A stretch of DNA of 64,000 nt, from the NCBI GenBank assembly GCA_964609775.1, contig CAZSSJ010000002.1, positions 19,260-83,259 of the forward strand, written 5' to 3'. Positions 47,594 through 57,293 of the stretch are shown one piece after another (position 1 is the first letter of the stretch; each line of letters begins with the position of its first letter). The notes under the pieces are model-generated. The model did no database searches and had not been told where the DNA came from. It saw nothing but the letters and a program-made list of their open reading frames with translations. Source of the DNA: an uncultured Gammaproteobacteria bacterium. Lineage in GTDB: Bacteria; Patescibacteriota; Microgenomatia; JAMCZE01. The position numbers were made by a program, and so were the translations under genes.

Positions 47594-48354
47594 AAGCTGA
47601 TATCACCGTTTTGATGAGCGTGTACAACAACGAACGAACCGTTGGCAAGAGCATAGAAAGTATCCTGTGGCAAACCTATCCGCACTTTGTTTTTGTCATT
47701 ATTAATGACGGTTCGACTGACAATTCATCAAGCCAGATAAGGAAATTCAGTGACAAAAGAATAGTATATATAGACAAAAATAAAAATCTGGGCCTCACCA
47801 GAAGGCTTAACGAGCAACTGGATAATGTAAGTACTCATTATGTCGCTCGAATGGATGCCGATGACATTAGCCGTCCAGACCGCCTGGAGAAACAGCACAA
47901 CTTTATGACCACTCACCAAAGCTACGGGGCCGTCGGCAGCAATTTTAAAAGAGTCAATGCCCAAGGAAGTCTTCTGTGGGAAAGTGATTTCCCTCTTTCC
48001 TCAAAAGACATCAGGCAAAGAATTCTTTTGAAAAATCCCTTCAAGCACTCGATTCTCTTTTTTCGAACGGAAATTCTTAAAACATTGGGGGGATACAACG
48101 AAAAGTTTAAATATAGCCAGGACTACGACCTAATGCTCCGTCTGACTGCCAAATATCCTGTCGCCAATCTAAAGGAATGCTTACTCGTTGACAATCACCT
48201 TGACTCTGCCCTTTCCCAAACCCACCGTTTTGACCAAGCCAAATTTGCCACCTTGGCCCAAATAAATGCTCTCAGGCGGGGAGACTATCCGCTCTTTCAA
48301 AGCGTTTTCTTGTTTCGTTCTTTGGGGTATCTTTTTAAATCATGGTTAAGTTAG
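47590..48354 (+). CDS. glycosyltransferase family 2
   Basis: ITVLMSVYNNERTVGKSIESILWQTYPHFVFVIINDGSTDNS…ARMDADDISRPDRL. Confidence 0.65.
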   Translation: MKADITVLMSVYNNERTVGKSIESILWQTYPHFVFVIINDGSTDNSSSQIRKFSDKRIVYIDKNKNLGLTRRLNEQLDNVSTHYVARMDADDISRPDRLEKQHNFMTTHQSYGAVGSNFKRVNAQGSLLWESDFPLSSKDIRQRILLKNPFKHSILFFRTEILKTLGGYNEKFKYSQDYDLMLRLTAKYPVANLKECLLVDNHLDSALSQTHRFDQAKFATLAQINALRRGDYPLFQSVFLFRSLGYLFKSWLS

Positions 48355-49349
48355 TCAATTACGAACTTGAGTCCATTCCCGTCCCCTTTCGCCTCTCCTG
48401 GGGCAAACTGGGCTATTCCCGGCATGTCTATGTGACTGTCGAAAACGAAAAGGGGGCAAAGGGTCGGGGCGAAGGGGTGCTGTACAAAACCACGCATCTA
48501 GAACTACTGCCATATCTTGAGAATAGATTTACTCTCGATTTGGAGAGACTAGCCGCCTTCGAACCAGCGCTTGCCTTTGCCGTAGACACCGCTCATCTTG
48601 ACCTAAAAGGGAAAATTTTAGTCGTGCCGCCTAACCCCTCTGTCGTTCGCGAAATCTTTATGGAAGACCAGGATCTGGAACAATCTGTCAAAGAGATAGC
48701 AACTCAACACACAAGCGCGATTAAACTAAAAGTCGGGGCGGGAGTAGAGAATGACAAAAAGACCCTTGTTCAGGTTCACCACCTCACCAAGGGCAAGATC
48801 AAAATTCACCTCGACGCCAATCGGGCATATAATTTAAAAGACGCCTTAGAGTTGGCCAGTTTTGCCAGCGCTAGGGGAGTGACTCTTTTTGAGGAACCGG
48901 TCTCTGGAGGCTTTCCTATCGTCGGAGAATTTAAACGGGCATCCAATCTGCCGGTGATGCTTGATGAAAGCATCCAGTCTGCGGCCGATCTGGAAAGTGC
49001 CATTAGAGAAAAATGCTTCGACATCCTAAATATTAAACTCAGCCGGCTGGGCGGTATAACCTTAGCCCAAAGGTACGTTCAGCGCTGCACTCAAGCCGGG
49101 CTAAGAATCTATCTTGGCTGTAGTGAAGAGCTAGAAACGGGCACCCGAGCAATTTTCACTTTGGCAAAATCAACAAAAAATCTTTATGCGGTTGAGGGGC
49201 TGGGCTTCGAAAGATTAGCCGGTCGGGAGGGCTTCCACTACAGTCTTGGAGAAGGTAGTCGGCGACTCTTTTTACTCAAAGAGTTTTCTGGTCTTTGGGC
49301 CACCAGAATTGAAAATTGCCTTAATTACACACTAGCGAAGATAAGGTAA
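48342..49349 (+). CDS. enolase-superfamily enzyme (mandelate racemase / muconate lactonizing / dipeptide-epimerase or OSBS-like)
   Basis: The canonical ligand set sits in order: K-x-K (IKLKVG), metal D (HLDANRAYN), E (LFEEP), D (MLDES); about 335 aa. Confidence 0.55.
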   Translation: MVKLVNYELESIPVPFRLSWGKLGYSRHVYVTVENEKGAKGRGEGVLYKTTHLELLPYLENRFTLDLERLAAFEPALAFAVDTAHLDLKGKILVVPPNPSVVREIFMEDQDLEQSVKEIATQHTSAIKLKVGAGVENDKKTLVQVHHLTKGKIKIHLDANRAYNLKDALELASFASARGVTLFEEPVSGGFPIVGEFKRASNLPVMLDESIQSAADLESAIREKCFDILNIKLSRLGGITLAQRYVQRCTQAGLRIYLGCSEELETGTRAIFTLAKSTKNLYAVEGLGFERLAGREGFHYSLGEGSRRLFLLKEFSGLWATRIENCLNYTLAKIR

Positions 49350-49355
49350 AAACCT

Positions 49356-50591
49356 ATGCGCATCTGTTCGCCACAACTAGGGATTTCTCCGGACTCAAAT
49401 CTTGGCGGCGAGGTCCACGATCGCGAAATGCTCAAATCCCTAGCAGACTTGGGGGTGGAGATCGACATCATTCTTCCTTTTGGAAAGAAGCACGAAGCTC
49501 ACAAAAATTGGCACTTTTATTATTTACTAACCCCAATAGTCTTTCCGCCAATAGTTTTCAACGCTCTAGTCTTACCCCATCTCTTTTGGATTTACTTTCG
49601 GCATAAATTCAATATTCTCCGCGTCCATTCTCCCTACTTCGTCGGGCTAGGAGCTTTGATTTTCAAATTGGTTTTTCCACGGATTTTAGTCATTGCCCAC
49701 TATCACCATTTTGAAGGCAATAAGGTTTATAATTTGATAGATAGCATTATCGCCAACAAGTTCGATTTAATCGTCACTGCTAGCAATGTGACTAAAAGCA
49801 AGTTAATAAACAAATTTGGCGTTTTGGAATCTAAAATTGCAATCATTCCCTACGGAGTATCTGCTAGCTTTGCTCCGCAAATTGTCGACCAACAAATTAT
49901 TCTTGAACCTGCGAATACCTCGTTGCTCTGCAGCGAGGATGAGCAGGCTCCAAGAAGAAACTCCGAGCCCAAGATACCTCGTCAGCCCTTCAGGTCTGAG
50001 CCTCAGGGTCGAAGACTTGCTGCGATGAGTTTCATTTCCAAGTATAAACTTCATGGAAAGAAACCGCTTCTTTATATTGGTCAGTTAATCAGTCGCAAAA
50101 ACATCCCCTTTCTACTTCAAGTAGTAAAGGCGCTACCTGAAGAATATATACTTTTGATCGCCGGTGATGGGCCATTAAAAAATCAACTACAAGACATGGT
50201 AAGGTCCTTACAACTAGATAACCGGGTGACATTTTGCGGTCATATTTCAGAAGAAGAAAAGCCGAAAATGATTTCCCTTGCCGATTTTTTTCTTTTTTCT
50301 TCAAGCAATGAAGGATTCGGACTATCAGTGTTAGAAGCAATGGCCTGCGGCAAAATTGTTATTGCCGCAAAACTTCCCGTCTTTCAACAGTTTATTGACA
50401 CCGGCAGAAACGGATTTCTTTTGGATCTTGATTCCCAGCGATGGGTGAAGACTATTTTATCTTTGGACCATAAACCACAGACCAAACGGTCTTTAGAAAA
50501 AAACGCCAGACAAAGTGCAAAAAAATTTAGCTGGAACAACTTTGCCAAAACCTATCTTCGTCGAGTAAATCATTCATTTCCTAGCCTATGA
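49356..50591 (+). CDS. GT4 glycosyltransferase with a low-complexity inter-domain insert
   Basis: …FFLFSSSNEGFGLSVLEAMACGKIVIAAKLPVFQQFI…; a Pro/Arg/Ser/Glu-rich linker lies around nt 49900..50040. Confidence 0.6.
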   Translation: MRICSPQLGISPDSNLGGEVHDREMLKSLADLGVEIDIILPFGKKHEAHKNWHFYYLLTPIVFPPIVFNALVLPHLFWIYFRHKFNILRVHSPYFVGLGALIFKLVFPRILVIAHYHHFEGNKVYNLIDSIIANKFDLIVTASNVTKSKLINKFGVLESKIAIIPYGVSASFAPQIVDQQIILEPANTSLLCSEDEQAPRRNSEPKIPRQPFRSEPQGRRLAAMSFISKYKLHGKKPLLYIGQLISRKNIPFLLQVVKALPEEYILLIAGDGPLKNQLQDMVRSLQLDNRVTFCGHISEEEKPKMISLADFFLFSSSNEGFGLSVLEAMACGKIVIAAKLPVFQQFIDTGRNGFLLDLDSQRWVKTILSLDHKPQTKRSLEKNARQSAKKFSWNNFAKTYLRRVNHSFPSL

Positions 50592-51367
50592 CAGTCACCA
50601 AGCTTTCTATAGTGCTACTTAAAAAATTGCGGCAAGCAACTCCACTTGCAGCAAAGCTCGTTTTTCTAACAGGGAAATCAACGCAAGCCCTTCACCCGAA
50701 GCACCTCGTCGAAATCGAAAAGCCTTGGTATCTTGATTATCTTTCAAAGAACGATATTGTTCTCGACCTCGGCTGTGGCAACGGTCAAAATTCCCTCAAG
50801 GCAGCCAAGAAGGCCAAACATGTATACGGACTCGACACAAACCAGGCCAGTCTTAATCAAGGAAGATCCTTCGCTAGTCGACACAAGATCACTAATATTA
50901 CCTTCTCATTTCATGATTTGAACAACAAGCTGCTCTACCCCGACCAACGTTTCGACCGAGTACTATTCCTGGATGTCCTAGAACACCTAGGGACCGCCAG
51001 TCGCCAGCAGATAATGGGCGAAATTCACCGGATTCTGAGAACCGATGGCCTGCTGCTCCTAGCCGTCCCTAATAGTCAAACATCTTGGAAAAAGACGCAA
51101 AGGTCTGTAAGCGTGGACTCATTTACCGATCCAGACCATAAAATTGAATATTCGCTTGACGGGATCAAAAAATTTTGTAGTAAATGTAAGTTTAAACAAT
51201 TAAATATTAGTGGTATTACTTATGACAGCCCTTATGCTCCCTTAATTGACATTGCTGGAGGATTTTCACTGCAGCTGTATAAAAAGCTATCACTTTGGAA
51301 AAAAAATAAGATGAAAGGTGGCTTAACTGAAAGTATCGGTTTCAGATTAGTTTGTCAAAAAATGTAG
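50588..51367 (+). CDS. class I SAM-dependent methyltransferase
   Basis: IVLDLGCGNGQNSLKAAKKAKHVYGLD…RVLFLDVLEHL…ILRTDGLLLLAVPN. Confidence 0.7.
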   Translation: MTVTKLSIVLLKKLRQATPLAAKLVFLTGKSTQALHPKHLVEIEKPWYLDYLSKNDIVLDLGCGNGQNSLKAAKKAKHVYGLDTNQASLNQGRSFASRHKITNITFSFHDLNNKLLYPDQRFDRVLFLDVLEHLGTASRQQIMGEIHRILRTDGLLLLAVPNSQTSWKKTQRSVSVDSFTDPDHKIEYSLDGIKKFCSKCKFKQLNISGITYDSPYAPLIDIAGGFSLQLYKKLSLWKKNKMKGGLTESIGFRLVCQKM

Positions 51368-51379
51368 CGCCATCTGATA

Positions 51380-52555
51380 ATGAAAATCGCATATATCGTA
51401 GACTATCTACCAAACTTAGATTCCAGGACAGATTTCAGTGGAGCAGAGGTCAGTGTCCAGCTGTTAGCGGCGGGTTTAAAAAAACACGGGGTCGAGATCA
51501 AGTTAGTTTCACCTGCCCAAGGTTTATATTCTTCACGAGGAAAAGTCTTTCCCTCTTTGCTGACAACAAATATTTTCTGGTTTTTTCTTTCCACTTTAAT
51601 AATTATCAGAAGCCTTCAGAGGGAAGAGATTGACTTGATTCACGCTCAGGGAAAGAACTCCCTAGTAGGAGCTTACTTGAGTAGTCTTTTTTTTAAAAAG
51701 CAACTTTTAGTTACCGTTAGGGACTATCGAGCCCTTTGTGACTTGGGTATGTGTTTTCTTCGGGGCAAGAAACACTGTACTTTCAAAAACTACTTTCAGC
51801 AGGACATTCCGTTTTTCGTCAGAAAATACAAGAAACAGACAGTTTTAAGATATCTCTATGCCTATCTTGTCGGGCTATACCAATATCCTCTTCGCCTTCT
51901 TTATCGTCATATTCTAAAAAAAGCTAATAAAGTCGTTTGTATCAGCATTGCCCAACAGAAGTTATACAATACATTTGGCATTGATAACACAATAGTAATT
52001 TATAACCCAGTGACTTTTGAAAAAGTCCACTATCAAAAGAAAAAACAATTATTTTTCGGCGGCAGATACACACTTGGCAAAGGAAAGGAAATTTTAAAAA
52101 TCATCCTTCCAAAATTCTTTCAACTTTATCCAGATTGGGAACTTATCTTTGCTGGTCGTGACAAGCTGGATATCGAACATCGAAACATCAGAACCCTTGG
52201 CCAATTGCCTTACAAGAGCTATCTAAGGTCAGTCGGGGAGTCATCCCTAGCGCTTGTTCCCTCTGTCTGGCCGGAGCCCTTCGGAAGGGCAGCGCTGGAC
52301 GCAATCTCTGTTGGGACACCGGTAGTTGCGACAAATGCTGGCGCCCTATCTGAAATAGTAGTTAGTGGCCGCTACGGAACCGTAAGTCAACCAAATACGC
52401 AAAGTTATTGGCAAGCCCTCCAAGAGGGAATGGCAAAAAGGAGCGGTCTTTCTGAACAGATCAAAAAAGACACCGAAAAATTGATCAAAAAATTTCAGGT
52501 CGATCCAGTTCAAGATCACCTCAGACTATATGAATCGTCACTACACAAATCTTGA
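51380..52555 (+). CDS. GT4 glycosyltransferase
   Basis: …LALVPSVWPEPFGRAALDAISVGTPVVATNAGALSEIV…. Confidence 0.65.
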   Translation: MKIAYIVDYLPNLDSRTDFSGAEVSVQLLAAGLKKHGVEIKLVSPAQGLYSSRGKVFPSLLTTNIFWFFLSTLIIIRSLQREEIDLIHAQGKNSLVGAYLSSLFFKKQLLVTVRDYRALCDLGMCFLRGKKHCTFKNYFQQDIPFFVRKYKKQTVLRYLYAYLVGLYQYPLRLLYRHILKKANKVVCISIAQQKLYNTFGIDNTIVIYNPVTFEKVHYQKKKQLFFGGRYTLGKGKEILKIILPKFFQLYPDWELIFAGRDKLDIEHRNIRTLGQLPYKSYLRSVGESSLALVPSVWPEPFGRAALDAISVGTPVVATNAGALSEIVVSGRYGTVSQPNTQSYWQALQEGMAKRSGLSEQIKKDTEKLIKKFQVDPVQDHLRLYESSLHKS

Positions 52556-53150
52556 CTATCTATCGCGCTCGCGATGGGCTAGCTTTTACGTCCAAATTAA
52601 AGAAACCGTCAATCCCAAACCTGCCAACGTACTTGAAATCTGTAAGGGTTTCGGGCTCTTGTCTTTTGTCGTCAGAGGCATAGGAACAGACATTAAAACT
52701 TTAGATGTTGACCCTAAATTAAAGCCCGATTTTATTGGAGACGTACGTAGAATTCCCCTCAAAGCCAATTCTTTCGACGTTGTCACTTGTTTTCAAGTTC
52801 TTGAGCATCTTCCTTTTTCCGATTTCAAAATTGCCCTTTTGCAAATGAAACGAGTAAGTAAAAAATATATTCTTCTCTTTCTACCTGAACCCTATAGCAC
52901 CTTTGTCTATTTTGGCGCCAAGTTGATCCCGTTCATTCCTAAGCTTGAATTATTCCGAAAATTTGCTATGTCTGACCGATTTTTTCCGAAATTCGGGCTG
53001 AACAGTCCTCATTATTGGGAAATTGGAAGAAAAGGTGTTTCCTACCAAAAAGTTGAAAAATGTATCACAGCGTGCCAATTAAAAATTATTAAATCCTTTT
53101 ATCCGAAAGAAAACTTATATCACCACGTTTTCGTTTTGTCTAAATTATGA
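52530..53150 (+). CDS. class I SAM-dependent methyltransferase
   Basis: …PANVLEICKGFGLLSFVVRGIGTDIKTLDVD…FDVVTCFQVLEHLPFSDFKIALLQMKRV…. Confidence 0.55.
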   Translation: MNRHYTNLDYLSRSRWASFYVQIKETVNPKPANVLEICKGFGLLSFVVRGIGTDIKTLDVDPKLKPDFIGDVRRIPLKANSFDVVTCFQVLEHLPFSDFKIALLQMKRVSKKYILLFLPEPYSTFVYFGAKLIPFIPKLELFRKFAMSDRFFPKFGLNSPHYWEIGRKGVSYQKVEKCITACQLKIIKSFYPKENLYHHVFVLSKL

Positions 53151-54190
53151 CACTTGGAATTCTTTTGCCGATGGGGAGCAGCCTTGAAGACATGGAGCTT
53201 CATGGCCAAAAGGAACGTTTCCAAAAATACTACCTCAATGTCTATAGACAGAGCTTTGAAAAAGTTATTGTCTTTAGCTATAAGGACTCTCCCCTTCATC
53301 GCTACTTCTATTCCCTAGCTCTCCCGTTAGTCAAGCGCAAAGATTTCACCACATGCGACGTCTTCCGATGCTTTCATTTAAGTTCCACGCCCCCGGCCAT
53401 TGTCGGGAAAATTCTATTTAACAAAAAGTTCGTCTTCAATTACAACTATGATTATAAAAAATGGGCGGTTATCGAAAAAAAACCCTTCCTGGTTCCATTG
53501 ATTCAACTTTTAGAGCAGGTAAGTTTTAGGTTGGCAAACCATATTTTTGTCGCCGACGAAAGAATGGCCGAATTTGCCAGAACGCTCAGAAGTGCAACAA
53601 AAATTACGAACATCCCCAACGGCGTGGACGTCACCATCTTTAGGCCAGCATTGCATAACAAAAAAAACAGCCAAAAAGTTATCCTTTCTGTAGGTCGGCT
53701 AGAAGAGCAAAAAAACTATGGGCAGCTTATCGCTGCCGTTGCCAACATTAGCCCAAAACCACATTTAATCATCATTGGTCGGGGAGCTTTAAAGGAGACT
53801 TTAGTTAGGCAAGCAGGTCGATTGGCAGTGGATATGACAATTATTGATGTGGTCCCCCACCTAGAGTTGCCAAAATATTATCAATCTGCTGATGTTTATG
53901 TTCAACCCTCCTTAGCGGAGGCTCCGGTAAAAACTCTTCTCGAAGCAATGAGCTGCCAATGTGCTTGTGTAGGGACCAGGGTTCCTGGCATTTCGGGAGT
54001 CTTAGAAGATGGAAAAAATGGATTGCTAGCCTCCTTAGAAACGAAAGATCTTCAGAAAAAGATTCAACAGGTTTTAAATAATCCAAAAACGGCAAAAAAA
54101 CTAGGGGAGCAAGCCAGAGTGACAATCATCAACCGCTTCAATATCAAAAAAATGATTAACAAAGAAATCTCCATTCTGAAAAGCATATGA
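53147..54190 (+). CDS. GT4 glycosyltransferase
   Basis: …ILSVGRLEEQKNYGQLIAAV…YVQPSLAEAPVKTLLEAMSCQCACVGTRVPGISGVL…. Confidence 0.7.
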   Translation: MTLGILLPMGSSLEDMELHGQKERFQKYYLNVYRQSFEKVIVFSYKDSPLHRYFYSLALPLVKRKDFTTCDVFRCFHLSSTPPAIVGKILFNKKFVFNYNYDYKKWAVIEKKPFLVPLIQLLEQVSFRLANHIFVADERMAEFARTLRSATKITNIPNGVDVTIFRPALHNKKNSQKVILSVGRLEEQKNYGQLIAAVANISPKPHLIIIGRGALKETLVRQAGRLAVDMTIIDVVPHLELPKYYQSADVYVQPSLAEAPVKTLLEAMSCQCACVGTRVPGISGVLEDGKNGLLASLETKDLQKKIQQVLNNPKTAKKLGEQARVTIINRFNIKKMINKEISILKSI

Positions 54191-55242
54191 CAGTCTGCTA
54201 TTTTGGCTACTACCGACCCTTTCATTCTAGAAATCGCAACCTCATACTTGGTTTACGGAGAAATGGTGTTAACGTAATTGAATGCAATGCTGTAGTGCCG
54301 TTTATTCAAGGAAGATACTTTTGTCTTCTTGCAAAATACTTCCGCTATGGCACAGGGGCGGATGTGATTATTGTTGGTTTTCCTGGGCACACAGATGTGC
54401 CCCTTGCCTGGGCTTTAGCGAAAATTTTTCACCGAAAGTTAGTTTTTGACGCTTTTACTTCTATGTATTTAAACCTTGTGTATGACCGCCAGGATGTTGC
54501 TCAACATTCTTTGAAGGCTTTAGTCTACTGGCTAGTCGACTGGTTAAGTTGCCTGCTATCAGATAAAGTTCTGGTCGATACTTCCGATAACCAACAATAT
54601 TTTGCTAAAGAGTTTTCTGTTAAGGTGGATAAAATTGCCTGTATTCCTGTATGTTTTGACGAAAGTATTTTTAAACCGCAAAAAGCGATTAATGGTGATA
54701 GTTGTATCGTCGGTTGGCACGGCACTTTCCTCCCGCTTCAGGGGGTGGAGACTATTATCGCAGCAGCGCAAAAACTTAAGAACGTGAATATAAATTTTCG
54801 CCTTTTAGGCTACGGGCGAGAGAAAGACATGAGTGTTAAATTAGTAAAAAAGAAGGGCTTGAAAAATATTTATTTTTTTGATCGAGTAAATTACCAACGC
54901 CTGCCAGATTTTATCAGTGGCTGTGATATTTATCTTGGAGGACCGTTTGGCCAGAATTTAAAGGCCAACATGGTTATACCAAATAAGGTAGTAGAGGCAA
55001 TGGCCATGGGCAAGCCGGTAATTTGTGCTGACACACCTGCCATGCGGCGAGCTTTTGTTTCGGGAAAAGAAGTTTTGTTAACAACACAAAGTAATCAGCT
55101 TGCTTTAGCTAGGGCGATAATAAGTCTGAAGGAAAGCCCCAAGCTACGCGAAACCCTGGGTCATAACGCACTAAGGGCTGCTTCTTTCTATACTAGCAAG
55201 AATATTGGTCGCTTATTACTTCAAAAAATCGCCCAGCTATAA
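54187..55242 (+). CDS. glycosyltransferase, GT4/GT1-like
   Basis: The C-terminal domain …VVEAMAMGKPVICADTPAMRRAFVSGKEVLL is a retaining-GT-like nucleotide-sugar-binding block. Confidence 0.5.
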   Translation: MTVCYFGYYRPFHSRNRNLILGLRRNGVNVIECNAVVPFIQGRYFCLLAKYFRYGTGADVIIVGFPGHTDVPLAWALAKIFHRKLVFDAFTSMYLNLVYDRQDVAQHSLKALVYWLVDWLSCLLSDKVLVDTSDNQQYFAKEFSVKVDKIACIPVCFDESIFKPQKAINGDSCIVGWHGTFLPLQGVETIIAAAQKLKNVNINFRLLGYGREKDMSVKLVKKKGLKNIYFFDRVNYQRLPDFISGCDIYLGGPFGQNLKANMVIPNKVVEAMAMGKPVICADTPAMRRAFVSGKEVLLTTQSNQLALARAIISLKESPKLRETLGHNALRAASFYTSKNIGRLLLQKIAQL

Positions 55243-55256
55243 TATACTTTCTAAAG

Positions 55257-56462
55257 ATGCGTAAGATAGGTTATCTAGAGGGGTTAAGAGGCATCGCTGC
55301 GTTCATTGTCGTCCTTAATCATTTTGCCGTATCCTTTTTCCCGGCATTGTATAACGGAAAGATAACCCAGGCTCATACCTTATCCTGGCTAGAATCGGCT
55401 ATCGCTAGTAGCCCTATTAATTTTTTTTATAATGGCAACTTTGCCGTCGCTGTTTTCTTTGTTCTTAGCGGCTTTGTCCTCTCATACAACTATTTCAAAA
55501 CTCTACGTGTAGAGGTAATTGTGTCCGGAGCAATTAAACGATATTTCCGGCTAGTGATTCCGGTTGCCTTTACTGTCCTGTTGGCCTACTTATTCATGAA
55601 ATTTTCATTTTTCTTTAACAAACAGGCCGGAGAGATAAGTTATTCGACTTGGTGGCTATCAAGATATTGGGAATTTGATACCAATCTAATAGATGTTTTA
55701 AATACCGCATTTATTAGAGTGCTCTTTTTTGGTGATGTTAGATTTAATCACATATTGTGGACGATGCGTTATGAGTTTTTTGGATCCATAATTGTATTCA
55801 CGACGTTATTTATCTTTCGACAAAGAAGGTATCGATATGCGGCTTATATCATTCTTAGTTTATGGTTTTTAAGGTCATACTATCTTCCATTTATCCTTGG
55901 TTTGGTTCTCTCCGACCTATATAGTCTTAAAAGATACACAGTTAAACTAAATAAAGATTTAAAAAGAATTTGTCTTCTATTGCTGGGATTTGTTGGTTTA
56001 TATTTAAGTTCCTGTCCCAGTGGAGCCCCAATAAGAAATACAATCTATGCCCCCTTGTTTATCTTGGATCGTTATCCCTACACCTTTTATCACATCTTAG
56101 GGGCTTTAATGCTCATGATTACTCTTTTAAATTGGACAGCGCTGCAAAACTTATTTTCAAACAGACTATTTATCTTTTTGGGCAGAATATCGTTTTCTAT
56201 GTATTTGCTTCATTTGATAGTGATTGGTTCCTTATCCAGTCTACTGTTAATTATTTTGACTCACTATTTTACCTATCCTGTTGCAGCTATGCTCGTCTTT
56301 GTGATATCGATGCCGGTCTTAGTATTTACCTCCTATTTAATGTACGTGCTGGTGGATAGTAAGGGTACCATCCTATCTAAAATTATTTGTCGTTGGCTCA
56401 CTGGGTCAATCAGGCGGCAACAATTCGCCAACCAGTTTGTCCTTGGTGGCAAAAAATCATAA
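55257..56462 (+). CDS. acyltransferase family 3 (membrane O-acyltransferase)
   Basis: MRKIGYLEGLRGIAAFIVVLNHFAVSFFPALYNG… is the canonical Acyl_transf_3 N-terminus; about 10 TM helices. Confidence 0.7.
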   Translation: MRKIGYLEGLRGIAAFIVVLNHFAVSFFPALYNGKITQAHTLSWLESAIASSPINFFYNGNFAVAVFFVLSGFVLSYNYFKTLRVEVIVSGAIKRYFRLVIPVAFTVLLAYLFMKFSFFFNKQAGEISYSTWWLSRYWEFDTNLIDVLNTAFIRVLFFGDVRFNHILWTMRYEFFGSIIVFTTLFIFRQRRYRYAAYIILSLWFLRSYYLPFILGLVLSDLYSLKRYTVKLNKDLKRICLLLLGFVGLYLSSCPSGAPIRNTIYAPLFILDRYPYTFYHILGALMLMITLLNWTALQNLFSNRLFIFLGRISFSMYLLHLIVIGSLSSLLLIILTHYFTYPVAAMLVFVISMPVLVFTSYLMYVLVDSKGTILSKIICRWLTGSIRRQQFANQFVLGGKKS

Positions 56463-56471
56463 AATAGATTT

Positions 56472-57284
56472 ATGGAAATAATCATTCGACCAAAAAGTGT
56501 CTTCAATCTAGATTTTAAAGAAATCTGGCATTATCGCGAACTTTTTTACGTCTTTGCCTGGCGAGATATTAAAGTCCGTTATAAACAAACAGTTTTAGGC
56601 ATCTCGTGGGCTCTTTTTCAACCTCTAGTTACGACTGGAATATTTAGCATTTTTTTTGGAAAAATTGCCAAAATCCCTTCTGACCATATCCCATACCCGT
56701 TATTTGTTCTTACTGGATTGGTTTTTTGGAGCTTTTTTTCAAATAGTGTTACGGCGGCAAGTCAAAGCATGGTCGCCAGTGAAAACATCATCAAAAAAGT
56801 CTACTTTCCACGCCTGATTATTCCACTTTCCTCAATTGTGACAGCCGGGCTTGACTTTCTAATTTCCTTTTTGATGCTATTACTAGTAATGGTTTACTAC
56901 CGGTATTTTCCTCAATTTACCAGCCTGCTAGTTCTCCCAGTGTTGTTGCTTACTTTAATTCTCACTGCTGGGGGAATCGGTTTATTTACATCAGCGATTA
57001 ATGTCAAATATCGCGATGTCAGATATATCCTGCCGTTTTTCATCCAAATTGGGCTCTTCGTTACTCCCATTATCTATCCAATAAGTGTTATCTTGGACTA
57101 CCGTAAATGGCTTCTGATTCTCAATCCTCTGACCTCAGTAATCGAAACAGCGCGTGCCCTCTATTCGGGCAAACCAATAAATTATTTTCTCATCTCTTTA
57201 GGCTTTGCGATTTCGGTCGTCATATTTTCTCTCGGCCTTTACTATTTTCGCAAGACCGAAGCTTTCTTTGCTGACGTCGCTTAG
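56472..57284 (+). CDS. ABC-2 type polysaccharide/teichoic-acid exporter permease (Wzm/TagG-like)
   Basis: ELFYVFAWRDIKVRYKQTVLGISWALFQPLVTTGIFSIFFGKIAK; six TM helices. Confidence 0.7.
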   Translation: MEIIIRPKSVFNLDFKEIWHYRELFYVFAWRDIKVRYKQTVLGISWALFQPLVTTGIFSIFFGKIAKIPSDHIPYPLFVLTGLVFWSFFSNSVTAASQSMVASENIIKKVYFPRLIIPLSSIVTAGLDFLISFLMLLLVMVYYRYFPQFTSLLVLPVLLLTLILTAGGIGLFTSAINVKYRDVRYILPFFIQIGLFVTPIIYPISVILDYRKWLLILNPLTSVIETARALYSGKPINYFLISLGFAISVVIFSLGLYYFRKTEAFFADVA

Positions 57285-57293
57285 ACTTTTGCT

